From: Nitrososphaeria archaeon
GTDB lineage: Archaea; Thermoproteota; Nitrososphaeria; Nitrososphaerales; JAAOZN01
Reading direction: 5' to 3'
Length of the DNA stretch: 64,000 nucleotides
Assembly (NCBI GenBank): GCA_029775855.1
Contig: JARVJZ010000004.1
Span: 96,001 to 160,000 of the forward strand
Both the position numbers and the translations under genes were made by a program. Below the pieces are notes generated by a model. That model searched no databases, was not told the DNA's origin, and saw only the letters and a program-made list of their open reading frames with translations. Below are positions 48,002 through 57,724 of this stretch, piece by piece. Positions within the stretch are counted from its first letter, which is position 1. The number at the start of each line of letters is the position of its first letter.

Positions 48002-49447
48002 CTACTTAATTTTCTGATTGAGTCTAATCTTATTGTTGAGTTTCTCAAGTAGCCAAGGCATATACTTCTTGACCAACATAAGCATCTCGTCATTTCCTAT
48101 CCTTGTAAGTCTACCTTCATCATACTTAGCTTGAATCTCTCTGTGGATCTCAGATACTCCAGGTGTTGACTTTGTAACCTTATTTTCTCCCGTGAGTCTA
48201 AAGTAGTGGTTTATCCAGAATACAACACCAGCTAACCCCGAATATTCAGAAACTGCTACACTTGGAGAGCGATCCAAGAGCTTCTCGGTGTCGAACGGCA
48301 GATACATTTCTATATTCTTTAATAATCCGTCTGCGTGTATTCCAGCCCAAGTTATGTTGAAGTTCTCGCCTACTATAGGGTAGTATGAAGGTATGCTGTA
48401 ACCCACTTCCTCTTCGTAATATTGGGCTATCTTGGTTATGACTTTAGTGTCCATCCCATCTAAGTCGCCTTTTATGGTTGCATACATGAAGACCATCGCT
48501 TCTAAGGGTACATTTCCAGCCCTTTCACCTATACCCAGCAAGGTGCAGTTTACTAGCGATGCACCATATAGCCAAGCTGATACAGAGTTAGCAACACCCA
48601 TGTGAAAATCGTTATGCCCATGAAACTCCAGACAATCAGATGGAACATCACATAAATTGTTGATTACCCAGATTAGCTTCGGCACGCTTCGTGGAAGCGC
48701 GCTCGAATCCCAAGGTAGTCCTATACCTAGTGTGTCGCATACCCTAACCTTAGCTGGTAACCCATATTTTCGCGAGAGTTTCATAAGTTTCTTTATGAAT
48801 GGTACTACCACACCAAAGATGTCAGCCCTTGTGCTGTCCTCTAAATGCACTCTTGGCACTATACCAAGCTTGAAGGTTTCTTCAGCAACCTCAAGATACT
48901 TTGATATAACCTTCTGCCTTCCTAACCCTTGAAACTTATAGAAGATATGGTAGTCGCTTACTGGTGTAACCATACCGCACTCCTCTACACCACTTTCTTT
49001 AACGAGCCTAAGGTCTTCGTACGTAGGTCTCATCCAACCAGCGATAATAGGATATTCATAGCCAAGATTTCTACAGGCCTCAACAGCTTCTCTATCCTTC
49101 TTAGAGTATAAGAAGAATTCTGATTGAAGAACCTTTCCCTTAGAGCCGCCTAACTCGTGTAATAGTGTATAAAGATCAACTATCTGCTTAACGGTATAGG
49201 GTTCACGCGCCTGCTGCCCGTCTCTAAATGTAGTGTCTGTTATCCAGATCTTGTCAGGTATCTTTATGGGTAAGAGAACACCGTCGAAGACAGTTAAAGG
49301 AGGCTTATCCCAAGGAAAGAACTCCTTGTAAAGCTTCGGCTGAGGCACTTCTACAACTTCGTAGTCAGGAAGGTCTATAGATTCCTTTCGAAGGTAGGAT
49401 AGGAATTCCTGTCTTTTTTCGTAATCAAGGTAGTTCCACTTGCTCAA
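48002..49447 (-). CDS. Re-citrate synthase-like DRE-TIM acyltransferase
   Basis: IWITDTTFRDGQQA, QSEFFLY, SDYHIF, HLED, HGHNDF, GIHADGL. Confidence 0.78.
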   Translation of the reverse strand: MSKWNYLDYEKRQEFLSYLRKESIDLPDYEVVEVPQPKLYKEFFPWDKPPLTVFDGVLLPIKIPDKIWITDTTFRDGQQAREPYTVKQIVDLYTLLHELGGSKGKVLQSEFFLYSKKDREAVEACRNLGYEYPIIAGWMRPTYEDLRLVKESGVEECGMVTPVSDYHIFYKFQGLGRQKVISKYLEVAEETFKLGIVPRVHLEDSTRADIFGVVVPFIKKLMKLSRKYGLPAKVRVCDTLGIGLPWDSSALPRSVPKLIWVINNLCDVPSDCLEFHGHNDFHMGVANSVSAWLYGASLVNCTLLGIGERAGNVPLEAMVFMYATIKGDLDGMDTKVITKIAQYYEEEVGYSIPSYYPIVGENFNITWAGIHADGLLKNIEMYLPFDTEKLLDRSPSVAVSEYSGLAGVVFWINHYFRLTGENKVTKSTPGVSEIHREIQAKYDEGRLTRIGNDEMLMLVKKYMPWLLEKLNNKIRLNQKIK

Positions 49448-49567
49448 GGTTCCTAACTATACCTATTGGATAGAGAGTATATTACCTTATCGCTTTTCTG
49501 GGCAAACTAGCAGCAAATCACCCTATCACTTAACATTTGTCGATTAAAGTGTGTTCTTGCTGGACGA

Positions 49568-50029
49568 TTAATGTTTAGATACATTTATAATTTCTGCACA
49601 AATAGTGCTTTGCAAATCGCTGACCTTTATCTTCATGACAGCGTTCGGTTCACCAGCAGCAGCCCAAACTTCGCTCCATCTGAAAAGGGATACATCAAGA
49701 TAGATCTTCACTTGAGGGTTATGTGGAAACGGTGGGACACCTCCTATCACATAGCCTGTGTTTGCCTGGATGTATTCTGGGTCTGCCATTTCAACTCTTT
49801 CATTTACGATGTTTGATAGGGTGTTTAAATCGACTTTTTTGTCGCCAGAGATTACTACGACGATAGGCCTAGAGCCTTTGAAGACTATGGATTTGGCTAT
49901 CTGTGCTACTGTGCAACCTAATGCTTCTGCCGCAAGCTTGGATGTCTTTGTGCTGGAGTCTAGAACTACAATTTCAGCATTTATACCTTTCTCATCGATA
50001 AAATGCTTAACCCGGTCTATCCCCTTCAA
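49568..50029 (-). CDS. YbaK/EbsC aminoacyl-tRNA deacylase family protein
   Basis: QIAKSIVF, TGYVIGGVPPF, WAAAG. Confidence 0.92.
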   Translation of the reverse strand: MKGIDRVKHFIDEKGINAEIVVLDSSTKTSKLAAEALGCTVAQIAKSIVFKGSRPIVVVISGDKKVDLNTLSNIVNERVEMADPEYIQANTGYVIGGVPPFPHNPQVKIYLDVSLFRWSEVWAAAGEPNAVMKIKVSDLQSTICAEIINVSKH

Positions 50030-50039
50030 TTCTTCATCA

Positions 50040-50744
50040 TTATTTTAGACCTAAGTAGAGCTTGCCCAACTCTGGATGTGATAGGAGTTCTTGGCTTGAG
50101 CCTTTAAAAGCCACCCTTCCACTAACTAGCAGATACGCTTGTTCACCTAATTCAAGCGCCTTTTTGGCATTTTGCTCCACCAAGATTATTGTCATATCTC
50201 TATTCTCTCTTAGCTCAACTATCTTGTCTAGGACTTCAGCGGATATCTTTGGTGAAAGGTTTGCAGTCGGTTCGTCAAACAACATTATTTGTGGGTTTCT
50301 TATTAGAGCCATAGCCATAGCTAGCATCTGCTTCTCTCCACCACTTAGCGTGCTAGCTTTCCGATCTAGGTAGGTCTTTAATACGGGGAAGAAGTTGAGG
50401 CTTTCTTCTACTCTATCTTTTAGTTCTTCGCCGCATCTATAGCCAGCCATAAGCAGATTCTCTCTCACTTTTAGAGTGTTGAATACGTTGTTGGTCTGTG
50501 GCAGATATGCTACTCCTTTTTCAGCTATCTTATGTGGCGGTAATCCGTTCAACTCGTATCCATTATATTTGATTTCGCCTGAAAAGATGGTTGTTAATCC
50601 GAAGATGGTTTTTAGTAATGTGCTTTTCCCGCTACCATTTGGTCCAACGATGACGGATATGCTTCTTCTTTGCACATCTAAGTTGATGTCATAGAGAACT
50701 TGAAGCCGACCGTATCCGGCAGAGAGGTTTTTGATGCTCAACAT
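50040..50744 (-). CDS. livF: Liv-type ABC ATPase LivF
   Basis: GPNGSGKST, LSGGEKQMLA, VEQNAKKAL. Confidence 0.92.
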   Translation of the reverse strand: MLSIKNLSAGYGRLQVLYDINLDVQRRSISVIVGPNGSGKSTLLKTIFGLTTIFSGEIKYNGYELNGLPPHKIAEKGVAYLPQTNNVFNTLKVRENLLMAGYRCGEELKDRVEESLNFFPVLKTYLDRKASTLSGGEKQMLAMAMALIRNPQIMLFDEPTANLSPKISAEVLDKIVELRENRDMTIILVEQNAKKALELGEQAYLLVSGRVAFKGSSQELLSHPELGKLYLGLK

Positions 50745-50746
50745 AC

Positions 50747-51505
50747 TTATCCACCTAGGTAGGCGCTTATGACTTGCGAGTCTCGCATCACCTTCTCTTT
50801 TTCCCCTTGCGTTATAAGTTTACCGTATGCTAGGACGTAGACGTAATCTACATACGGTAAGGCTAGATCAAGTCTATGTTCTATGATCAAGAATGTCAGC
50901 CCTAGCTTATCTCTTAGATTAAGTATGTATGTGAAAATCTCATGCGCTAAGGTTGGGTTTACACCAGATATGGGTTCATCTAGTAAGATCATCTTCGCAT
51001 CACTCATTAGGCTTCTCCCTATTTCAAGTAGCTTCATCTGCCCACCACTCAGCTTCGAAGCCCTAAGGTCCCAAAGGTGATCTATCTTTAGGAGCTGTAG
51101 TATCTTTAACGCTTTATCTAGATTCTCCTCTTCATCTTTGAGCCAAGAACCCGTGAAAGGCGCCTTTAGAAAGCTTTCACCTCTGTTTACCTTAGAGGCT
51201 ACGAGCAGATTCTCCAGCACAGTCAATCTTGTGAATAGGGATGGTATTTGGAAGGTTCTTACTAATCCGAGTTTGTATATTTGATGTGGTGGTAGGGCGG
51301 TTATGTCTCTGCCGTTGAAGTAGATCTTACCTTCATCAGGCGCATAGAAGCCAGAAACCACATTTATTAAAGTGGTCTTCCCGCTGCCGTTAGGCCCGAT
51401 CATCAACGCAACTTGCTTCTCATTTACCTTTACGTTCACACGGTCTAGTGCTTTGACTCCTCCGAAGCTCTTTGAGACTGATTGTATGTCGAGGAGAGTG
51501 TTCAT
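50747..51505 (-). CDS. livG: Liv-type ABC ATPase LivG
   Basis: GPNGSGKTT, LSGGQMKLLE, IIEHRL. Confidence 0.92.
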   Translation of the reverse strand: MNTLLDIQSVSKSFGGVKALDRVNVKVNEKQVALMIGPNGSGKTTLINVVSGFYAPDEGKIYFNGRDITALPPHQIYKLGLVRTFQIPSLFTRLTVLENLLVASKVNRGESFLKAPFTGSWLKDEEENLDKALKILQLLKIDHLWDLRASKLSGGQMKLLEIGRSLMSDAKMILLDEPISGVNPTLAHEIFTYILNLRDKLGLTFLIIEHRLDLALPYVDYVYVLAYGKLITQGEKEKVMRDSQVISAYLGG

Positions 51506-51538
51506 GCCCCAAAAAATAGGGGATGGGTGTTCGATATT

Positions 51539-52906
51539 TTAGGTTGGCTGTAGCCATGTTATAGAGTCGGATGCAAAGTTGTAGACCGCTGCTTTAACCC
51601 AGTCGTAGGTGCCTTGAGGTGTCTTTGCTACGCCCCAGATGTCATAGTCTCCGCCAGCCCTATCTCCCGCCTCATTAAGCAGTGTCCAGCCGCTCGCGCC
51701 GAAGTAGTTTGCGCAGATAGAAGGATAGATTTGCTTGATGGCGGTTGCATCGTATACTCCTGTTACAGATATTGCGATGGCTAGTGTCCAAGCTATGTCA
51801 TATATGGTGTAGGAGTAAATTTCTGGGTCTTCACCTATCGCTGCTTTTACCTGTGACCTTAGCTTCTCGTATTTTGGTGATGAAGTCGCTGCGAAGATTG
51901 TGCTGTAGAGCTTAATCTTCTCAGCTATAGGACCTGCGTCTGAGACTACTCTGCTGTTTTGAGCTGTGCCATCGGTCCCATACCAAGTTACATTTACTAG
52001 GTTGGGATAGTCTTTTGCTTGGAGCAGTATTAGAGCCGCTTCGTCAAATGAAATGTCAAGGAGAGCAACCTTAGCAGCACCGTAGCTCTTTATCCAATCA
52101 CCTATCTTTGTGTTTGCGCTGCTTAGCTCTGCTGAGAAGTCCTTTGCATCAGGGTTGTATCTAATAGGCACAACTTCACCACCTACCTTGCTGAATTCCC
52201 TTGCAAAAGCGTCTTGAAGCCCATCACCCCAAGCGTCACCTCTATAGAGCACAACAACGTGACTTACGCCAGCGCTTGAGAGCAACTTTGAGAGAGCTTT
52301 ACCTTGGAAGTTATCATCAGGCACAAGTCTGAATACATAGTCATCAGGTATTGCTAGAGCTGGTGCAGTAGAAGATTGGCTTACAACCAAAATTCTGTTA
52401 GAGTCAGCATACCCCTTTATGTTTCTCAGCTCACCACTAGATAGAGGGCCGATAACAAGCTTTACACCCCTTGCTGCTAAGGACTGAAGCTTCTGTAGAG
52501 CTACTGCTGGTTGTGTTGCGGTATCTTCTTCGATGATCTTGAATGTCCAACTCTGCCCAGATAGTTTAAGCCAGTCGTTTATCTCTTTTTCAGCTATCTT
52601 TAGGGATGTTGACTCCCTTTTGCCGAAGCTTGCTAAGTCTCCGCTTAAACTCATTAAAGCTCCTACCGCAATTTCGCCGCTTAGCCTAGCGCCAGGCGCT
52701 GTTACAGTTGTTGTTACTGTTGTCGGAGCAGCTGTTACCGTTGTTGCTGTTGTCTGTGTTGTAGTTCTGACTTCGGTTACTGTGCTAATGACTGGTGGAG
52801 TGGATGAGCCTACAAGATATCCTCCAGCTGCGCCTATTATTAAGCCAACGATTAGTAATACAGCCGCTATTGCTGAAGAAACACCTAACCTTTTTCTGAT
52901 ACGCAT
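51539..52906 (-). CDS. Liv-type substrate-binding protein with class III-like signal peptide and Thr linker
   Basis: RKRLG/VS followed by a hydrophobic stretch; paralogue of 9285-10784 (IPDDYVFRL, FQGKAL). Confidence 0.9.
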   Translation of the reverse strand: MRIRKRLGVSSAIAAVLLIVGLIIGAAGGYLVGSSTPPVISTVTEVRTTTQTTATTVTAAPTTVTTTVTAPGARLSGEIAVGALMSLSGDLASFGKRESTSLKIAEKEINDWLKLSGQSWTFKIIEEDTATQPAVALQKLQSLAARGVKLVIGPLSSGELRNIKGYADSNRILVVSQSSTAPALAIPDDYVFRLVPDDNFQGKALSKLLSSAGVSHVVVLYRGDAWGDGLQDAFAREFSKVGGEVVPIRYNPDAKDFSAELSSANTKIGDWIKSYGAAKVALLDISFDEAALILLQAKDYPNLVNVTWYGTDGTAQNSRVVSDAGPIAEKIKLYSTIFAATSSPKYEKLRSQVKAAIGEDPEIYSYTIYDIAWTLAIAISVTGVYDATAIKQIYPSICANYFGASGWTLLNEAGDRAGGDYDIWGVAKTPQGTYDWVKAAVYNFASDSITWLQPT

Positions 52907-52991
52907 AAAGGTTGTATCTATGCGTTGGATTTATAAAGCTTATCTTCTAGATATCGATAAATGATTAAGAGATGGCTGGTGATGCTTTAGT

Positions 52992-53927
52992 TTGATTGAT
53001 CCTCTTCTTAGAAATGCAATAATCTTTGCTAATATGCTTACTTTGATGAGTATAGGTTTGACCCTAACTTATATGACGACAAAGGTTCCTAACTTTGCTC
53101 ACGGCACCTTAGTGACTGTAGGGATCTATGTGTCGATGACTGCAGGTCAGATCTTTAACTTGACGCCTTACCTTGCTCTTCCGTTCTCCTTTGTTTTAGG
53201 TGGTTTTACGGCAGTCGTCATCTACCTGCTAGTTTTGAGACCGCAGATGAAGCGTGGCGCTTCGATTGTGGGGCTTATGGTTGCCACATTAGCTATTGAT
53301 GTCTTCTTCATAGGTGTGCTCAACATATATGCAGATAGTGTGCAGCGTATCTCTAAGGTTGTGACACGCTACTTTATTTTGAGGAGATTTGACTTTACAT
53401 TTGCTGACCAGCCAGGTATCTTTTTTGTGCTTCCAAGTTTGGTTGTATGTTCGGTTGTGCTTCTTTATATTCTTCTCACACGCACAAAGTTTGGTATAGC
53501 TATGAGAGCGGTAGTTGAAGATGCGTCTCTTGCGGGGGTTCTTGGAATAAACGTGAATAAAGTGTATCTTGTTTCGTGGTTTATAGCAGGAGGGCTGGCT
53601 TCGCTTGCTGGTGCTCTTTTACCACTCTGGCTTCAAGGTTCAACTGACACAGGCACAAGGATGATAGTTAGTATCTTTTCTGCCAGCATATTAGGCGGGC
53701 TTCTTAACATATATGGCGCGGTCTTAGGTGGGCTGCTTGTCGGTTTGGTTGAGGTTCTTGGAACCAATCTACTTGCGCAAATATTTGGAGTCTGGATTAT
53801 ACCGTATAGACCAGCCCTACCTCTAGCAATTATGGTTGTTACTCTACTAGTAGCACCTATGGGTTTAGCTAGTATAAGAAGGTCAGAACTAAGAGCGGTA
53901 AAGAGGAGGGGAAGAAGTTGGCTCTAG
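52992..53927 (+). CDS. livH: Liv-type ABC permease LivH
   Basis: SIGLTLTY…PNFAHG, TKFGIAMRA. Confidence 0.9.
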   Translation: MIDPLLRNAIIFANMLTLMSIGLTLTYMTTKVPNFAHGTLVTVGIYVSMTAGQIFNLTPYLALPFSFVLGGFTAVVIYLLVLRPQMKRGASIVGLMVATLAIDVFFIGVLNIYADSVQRISKVVTRYFILRRFDFTFADQPGIFFVLPSLVVCSVVLLYILLTRTKFGIAMRAVVEDASLAGVLGINVNKVYLVSWFIAGGLASLAGALLPLWLQGSTDTGTRMIVSIFSASILGGLLNIYGAVLGGLLVGLVEVLGTNLLAQIFGVWIIPYRPALPLAIMVVTLLVAPMGLASIRRSELRAVKRRGRSWL

Positions 53928-54991
53928 CGTTATTTGCACAGTTTATTGTGGATCTGCTGGCCTTCTTCGCTGTCTACATGATCCTATCTGTGAGTCTAAA
54001 TCTTGAATTTGGATATACAGGTGTCCCTAACTTCGGTAAGGTTCTTCTTGTAGCTGGAGGAGCGTATGTAGTAGCAGCATTCTCAGGTAGGTTCTCTCAG
54101 CTACTACTTAATGTAGCGGTAGATAAGGACTTTATCAAGGATAATGCTGCGGTTATGGCTGCGGTTAACTCGGCTTTCTCTCAAGACATCGTTGCAGCCC
54201 TCATAGTCTTCTTCGCTACAATAGTCCTAGCAGCTTTTGTGGGTGGGGCTTTAGGGTATTTGGCTTCATACCCTGCGGTTAGACTGAGAGAAGACTACCT
54301 TGGTATGACGCTCTTAGCCATAGGTGAAATATCACGGGTTATCGGTCAGAACTATGAGCCTATAGCTGGTGGAACATTGGGTGTGCAGGTGCCAGATCCC
54401 TTTGCTTGGGCTGGTGAGGTTAGGTTCTTAGCATTTACTTTGATCTTACTCGCCTTTGCGGGCTTGATCTATCTTTATGCTGAGAGGATAGCTCGTTCGC
54501 CTTTAGGTAGGCTGCTGCGCTCGATTAGAGATAATGAACTTTCTGCTGAGGCGCTAGGCAAAGATGCTACAAAAGTTAGGATAAAGATACTTATTGTAGG
54601 TTCTGCTATCGCTGGTGTAGCTGGTGCGCTCTATTCGTTCTATGCTGGAGGCGTGGTTGCTACAGCATTTAATAGAGTGGATTGGACTTTTTGGCCTTGG
54701 CTTATACTAATAATTGGTGGTGCTGCAAATAATGTGGGTGTAGCGTTTGGTTCATTCATCTTCATCACAGCGAGAAGGGTTATCGAGTTTTACAAAGATT
54801 CATTCACATTTTTACCCTTCGATGCGGTTTGGCTTGAATACCTTCTTCTCGGCTCAATCCTTATACTTGTGCTCATCTATAGACCTGAGGGGCTTATACC
54901 TGAGAAGGCTACACCAACTATCAGCAACAAGCGTCTTAAAGCCCTTATAAAGAAGGTTAAAGATGAAGCTGCTCACAAAGATAATGTTTAG
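53918..54991 (+). CDS. livM: Liv-type ABC permease LivM
   Basis: SLNLEFGYTGVPNFG, LREDYL, SPLGRLLRSIRDN. Confidence 0.9.
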   Translation: MALALFAQFIVDLLAFFAVYMILSVSLNLEFGYTGVPNFGKVLLVAGGAYVVAAFSGRFSQLLLNVAVDKDFIKDNAAVMAAVNSAFSQDIVAALIVFFATIVLAAFVGGALGYLASYPAVRLREDYLGMTLLAIGEISRVIGQNYEPIAGGTLGVQVPDPFAWAGEVRFLAFTLILLAFAGLIYLYAERIARSPLGRLLRSIRDNELSAEALGKDATKVRIKILIVGSAIAGVAGALYSFYAGGVVATAFNRVDWTFWPWLILIIGGAANNVGVAFGSFIFITARRVIEFYKDSFTFLPFDAVWLEYLLLGSILILVLIYRPEGLIPEKATPTISNKRLKALIKKVKDEAAHKDNV

Positions 54992-55024
54992 AAAGGTGGT
55001 CTAGATAGGTCTGTTGGTTGTGCA

Positions 55025-55573
55025 TTGGTTGTAGTTATTGCTGTAGTGGGTGGTAAAAAGTCTGGTAAGACTTGGACCATGGAGTATCTTATCTCTAGGC
55101 TCTCTGCCCTAAATTTTAAGGTGGCTGCTGTAAAACATATTCACGAAGAAGGAATTACAATAGACACCGCTGGCAAAGATACTTGGAGGTTCGCAAAGGC
55201 TGGTGCAAAAGTAGTCCTAAGTGCATCTCCAGATGAGTTAGCCTTGATCAAAAAGGCTAAGATGTATTACAGCAACTTGGATAACATTTTGGATTATTTA
55301 AAGGGTGAAGATTTGGACTTCATATTCGTCGAAGGATTTCATTCACTTGCAGCGAAAAGAATGGATGTATATAAGATCATAACCGCAAAAGATTTAGATG
55401 ATTTAAACAGACTTCTTGTAGGCACAGAGCCCCCTATACTTGCTGCAACAGGCGTAATAGGTCAGAGCGTAAGCCAAACTTCAGCATCCGACATACCGAT
55501 AATTAACCTTATGGTGAATGGAGAAGCACTAGTTGATATGGTTAGGCGGCTTGCTGTTAGAGGCAAACATTAA
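55025..55573 (+). CDS. mobB: Molybdopterin-guanine dinucleotide biosynthesis protein MobB
   Basis: GGKKSGKT, AVKH, GKDTWRFAKAGA, VEGF. Confidence 0.9.
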   Translation: MVVVIAVVGGKKSGKTWTMEYLISRLSALNFKVAAVKHIHEEGITIDTAGKDTWRFAKAGAKVVLSASPDELALIKKAKMYYSNLDNILDYLKGEDLDFIFVEGFHSLAAKRMDVYKIITAKDLDDLNRLLVGTEPPILAATGVIGQSVSQTSASDIPIINLMVNGEALVDMVRRLAVRGKH

Positions 55574-56289
55574 GCTTTGAGCACTTCTACTCCACTTATA
55601 ACCTCTTCTTCGTTGGCCTCAATAACCTCCTCAGCGTTGTTGAACTTTGTTGACTGGGCGAGCTTAACTCTAACACTGCAGCCCTTATAAGTGAAGGTCG
55701 CTGTATCATCTATAGGCTCTACAGCACGAAACCTCTTATTTGTAGCACCCATAGGAGCTTGGATGCCGTCTGCTATACAACCTTTAGCAGATACTATAAC
55801 CTTAAGCTCTCTATCTCTTGGATAGCAACCTAGTTCACTTACCGCCCTGTAGAGCATTCTTACACCTATGGCAACACCAGCACATAGATCGCCGTGAAAG
55901 TGTTCAGCTTCCTTTAACATAGATTTAAGCATCACCGTCTTTGGTGTGCTGCTGAATTTAGTTGCGTCATTTGGCGTTGAAGCGCTATATATGCAATCAT
56001 CTGCTGTATGATATGGCTGGATATGTAATATATTGGTAGGCTTCTTTATATTATTTGTTCTAACTTTGATTTCTACACCCTCTTTGCTAATAACTTTAGC
56101 GACATAAGCTACCGTGCTCCTACTTCTTTTCGAGTAAGCTACGAGGATTATGTGTGAGAAGCCTTTAATCTTCTCGATTATTCCTTCGGGGTCTTCAAAC
56201 AACCTGATCTTAACTAGACCATTGAGAAACGATTGAGCGCCCTCTGTTAAAGGTTCTGCTTGTGCTATCCATTTAACCTTTAAATACAT
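55570..56289 (-). CDS. Degenerate TrmO/TsaA-like domain fused to an FmdE domain
   Basis: GFSHIILV…LHIQPY…D in the N-terminal half; FHGDLCAG…CIADGIQ in the C-terminal half. Confidence 0.7.
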   Translation of the reverse strand: MYLKVKWIAQAEPLTEGAQSFLNGLVKIRLFEDPEGIIEKIKGFSHIILVAYSKRSRSTVAYVAKVISKEGVEIKVRTNNIKKPTNILHIQPYHTADDCIYSASTPNDATKFSSTPKTVMLKSMLKEAEHFHGDLCAGVAIGVRMLYRAVSELGCYPRDRELKVIVSAKGCIADGIQAPMGATNKRFRAVEPIDDTATFTYKGCSVRVKLAQSTKFNNAEEVIEANEEEVISGVEVLKA

Positions 56290-56323
56290 AGTTGGTTACT
56301 TGCTCATCTTAGCTAAATAAAGG

Positions 56324-56890
56324 TTAAACAAATCGCTCTTCTTCACCGACGATCTTCGTGAAGTTGGAGAGTATCTTTGACCCATCTCTACTACATTCAG
56401 GGTGGAATTGAACGCCATAAAACATCAACTCTTCATGCCCAATTATTTCGTTTTCACAGTTTTCGGAATAACCTAACGTCTTGAAGCCATTTGGTAGGCG
56501 AGATATGTTGAAGATGTGCGATTCAAATACTTTAAGCCTTGAATACGGTTCGGTCAATATATTTGGCTTCCTCACATATACGGTTTGATAGCCATAGACT
56601 TTTTGACCTAACCTAGTGAGCGCCCCACCCATAGCTAGAGATAAGATTTCAGCGCCATAGCATATTCCTAGTAGCGGTTTATGCTTTACTAGAGCTTGTT
56701 TAATCACCTTTATGTTTGCTCGGTTGATTTCGTCTGAAGCTGATCTGCGTCCAGTTAAGATAATGCCTCTATAGTCATCTAGTTTGATTGGTTGGTCATA
56801 TCGGATTATTTGATATGCAGCTCTAAGCTTCTCCAAGCTATCCACCAACTCTGGGAGTGTTGTTGAGTCGTTGTCTAGTATGAGCAGCAT
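56324..56890 (-). CDS. Class I glutamine amidotransferase (GuaA subunit A-like)
   Basis: PLLGICYG, ESH, GVQFHPE. Confidence 0.88.
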   Translation of the reverse strand: MLLILDNDSTTLPELVDSLEKLRAAYQIIRYDQPIKLDDYRGIILTGRRSASDEINRANIKVIKQALVKHKPLLGICYGAEILSLAMGGALTRLGQKVYGYQTVYVRKPNILTEPYSRLKVFESHIFNISRLPNGFKTLGYSENCENEIIGHEELMFYGVQFHPECSRDGSKILSNFTKIVGEEERFV

Positions 56891-56947
56891 CCTTCAGCCT
56901 ATAACCAACACCCTTTATATTCATCTTCTCCCAGCTTAGTTAAGTAC

Positions 56948-57724
56948 TTGCTCAGTAAAGATGAGTTATTTGATGTTAGTGGTAGAGTTGCAGTAGTAAC
57001 TGGAGCAGCTGGCACATTAGGCTATGCTTTCGCAGAAGCTTTAGCTTCGAGAGGCGCAAAAGTCTTTTTAACAGATAGAAGAGCTGAAGACCTTAGGAAA
57101 GTAGCATTAGACCTCAGTGGTAAAGGCTTAAATGTTGATTGGCTTGAAGCCGATTTAACCAGAGAAGAAGATGTAGACCGAGCCTTTAACAAATGTGAAT
57201 CAACTCTGGGGCATCCAAATGTGCTTGTTAACAGCATCGGCGACTCGATTTACAAACCAACCTTAGACCTCTCTCTCGCAGAGTGGAACAGAGTAATCAA
57301 CGTGAACCTAACCGCAGCATTCCTATGCTCAAAAAGAGCGGCAAAAAGCATGATAGAAGCAAGCATAAGAGGAAAGATAATACACATAGCCTCAATCTAC
57401 GGACTACGAGCAGACCGCTTCCCTATAGCAGCCTACTACTCTTCTAAGGCTGGGCTTGTGAACTTGACCAAAGCACTTGCAGTCGAATGGGCAAGATATG
57501 GTATAAATGTGAATGCAATCGCACCATCATTTTTTGCTAGTAGATTGACTAAAGTTATTCTTGAAGACACTAAGAGTAGAGAGCATCTGCTCAACCATAC
57601 ACCACTAAGGAGACTTGCTGAGCCTCAAGATCTAGTAGGCGCATTAATCTTCTTGGCGTCTCCAGCATCAGACTACGTGACGGGGCAGGTTATCGTTGTT
57701 GATGGCGGTTGGTCTTCTTGGTAA
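56948..57724 (+). CDS. Short-chain dehydrogenase/reductase
   Basis: TGAAGTLG, YYSSK, NAIAP, VDGG. Confidence 0.92.
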   Translation: MLSKDELFDVSGRVAVVTGAAGTLGYAFAEALASRGAKVFLTDRRAEDLRKVALDLSGKGLNVDWLEADLTREEDVDRAFNKCESTLGHPNVLVNSIGDSIYKPTLDLSLAEWNRVINVNLTAAFLCSKRAAKSMIEASIRGKIIHIASIYGLRADRFPIAAYYSSKAGLVNLTKALAVEWARYGINVNAIAPSFFASRLTKVILEDTKSREHLLNHTPLRRLAEPQDLVGALIFLASPASDYVTGQVIVVDGGWSSW

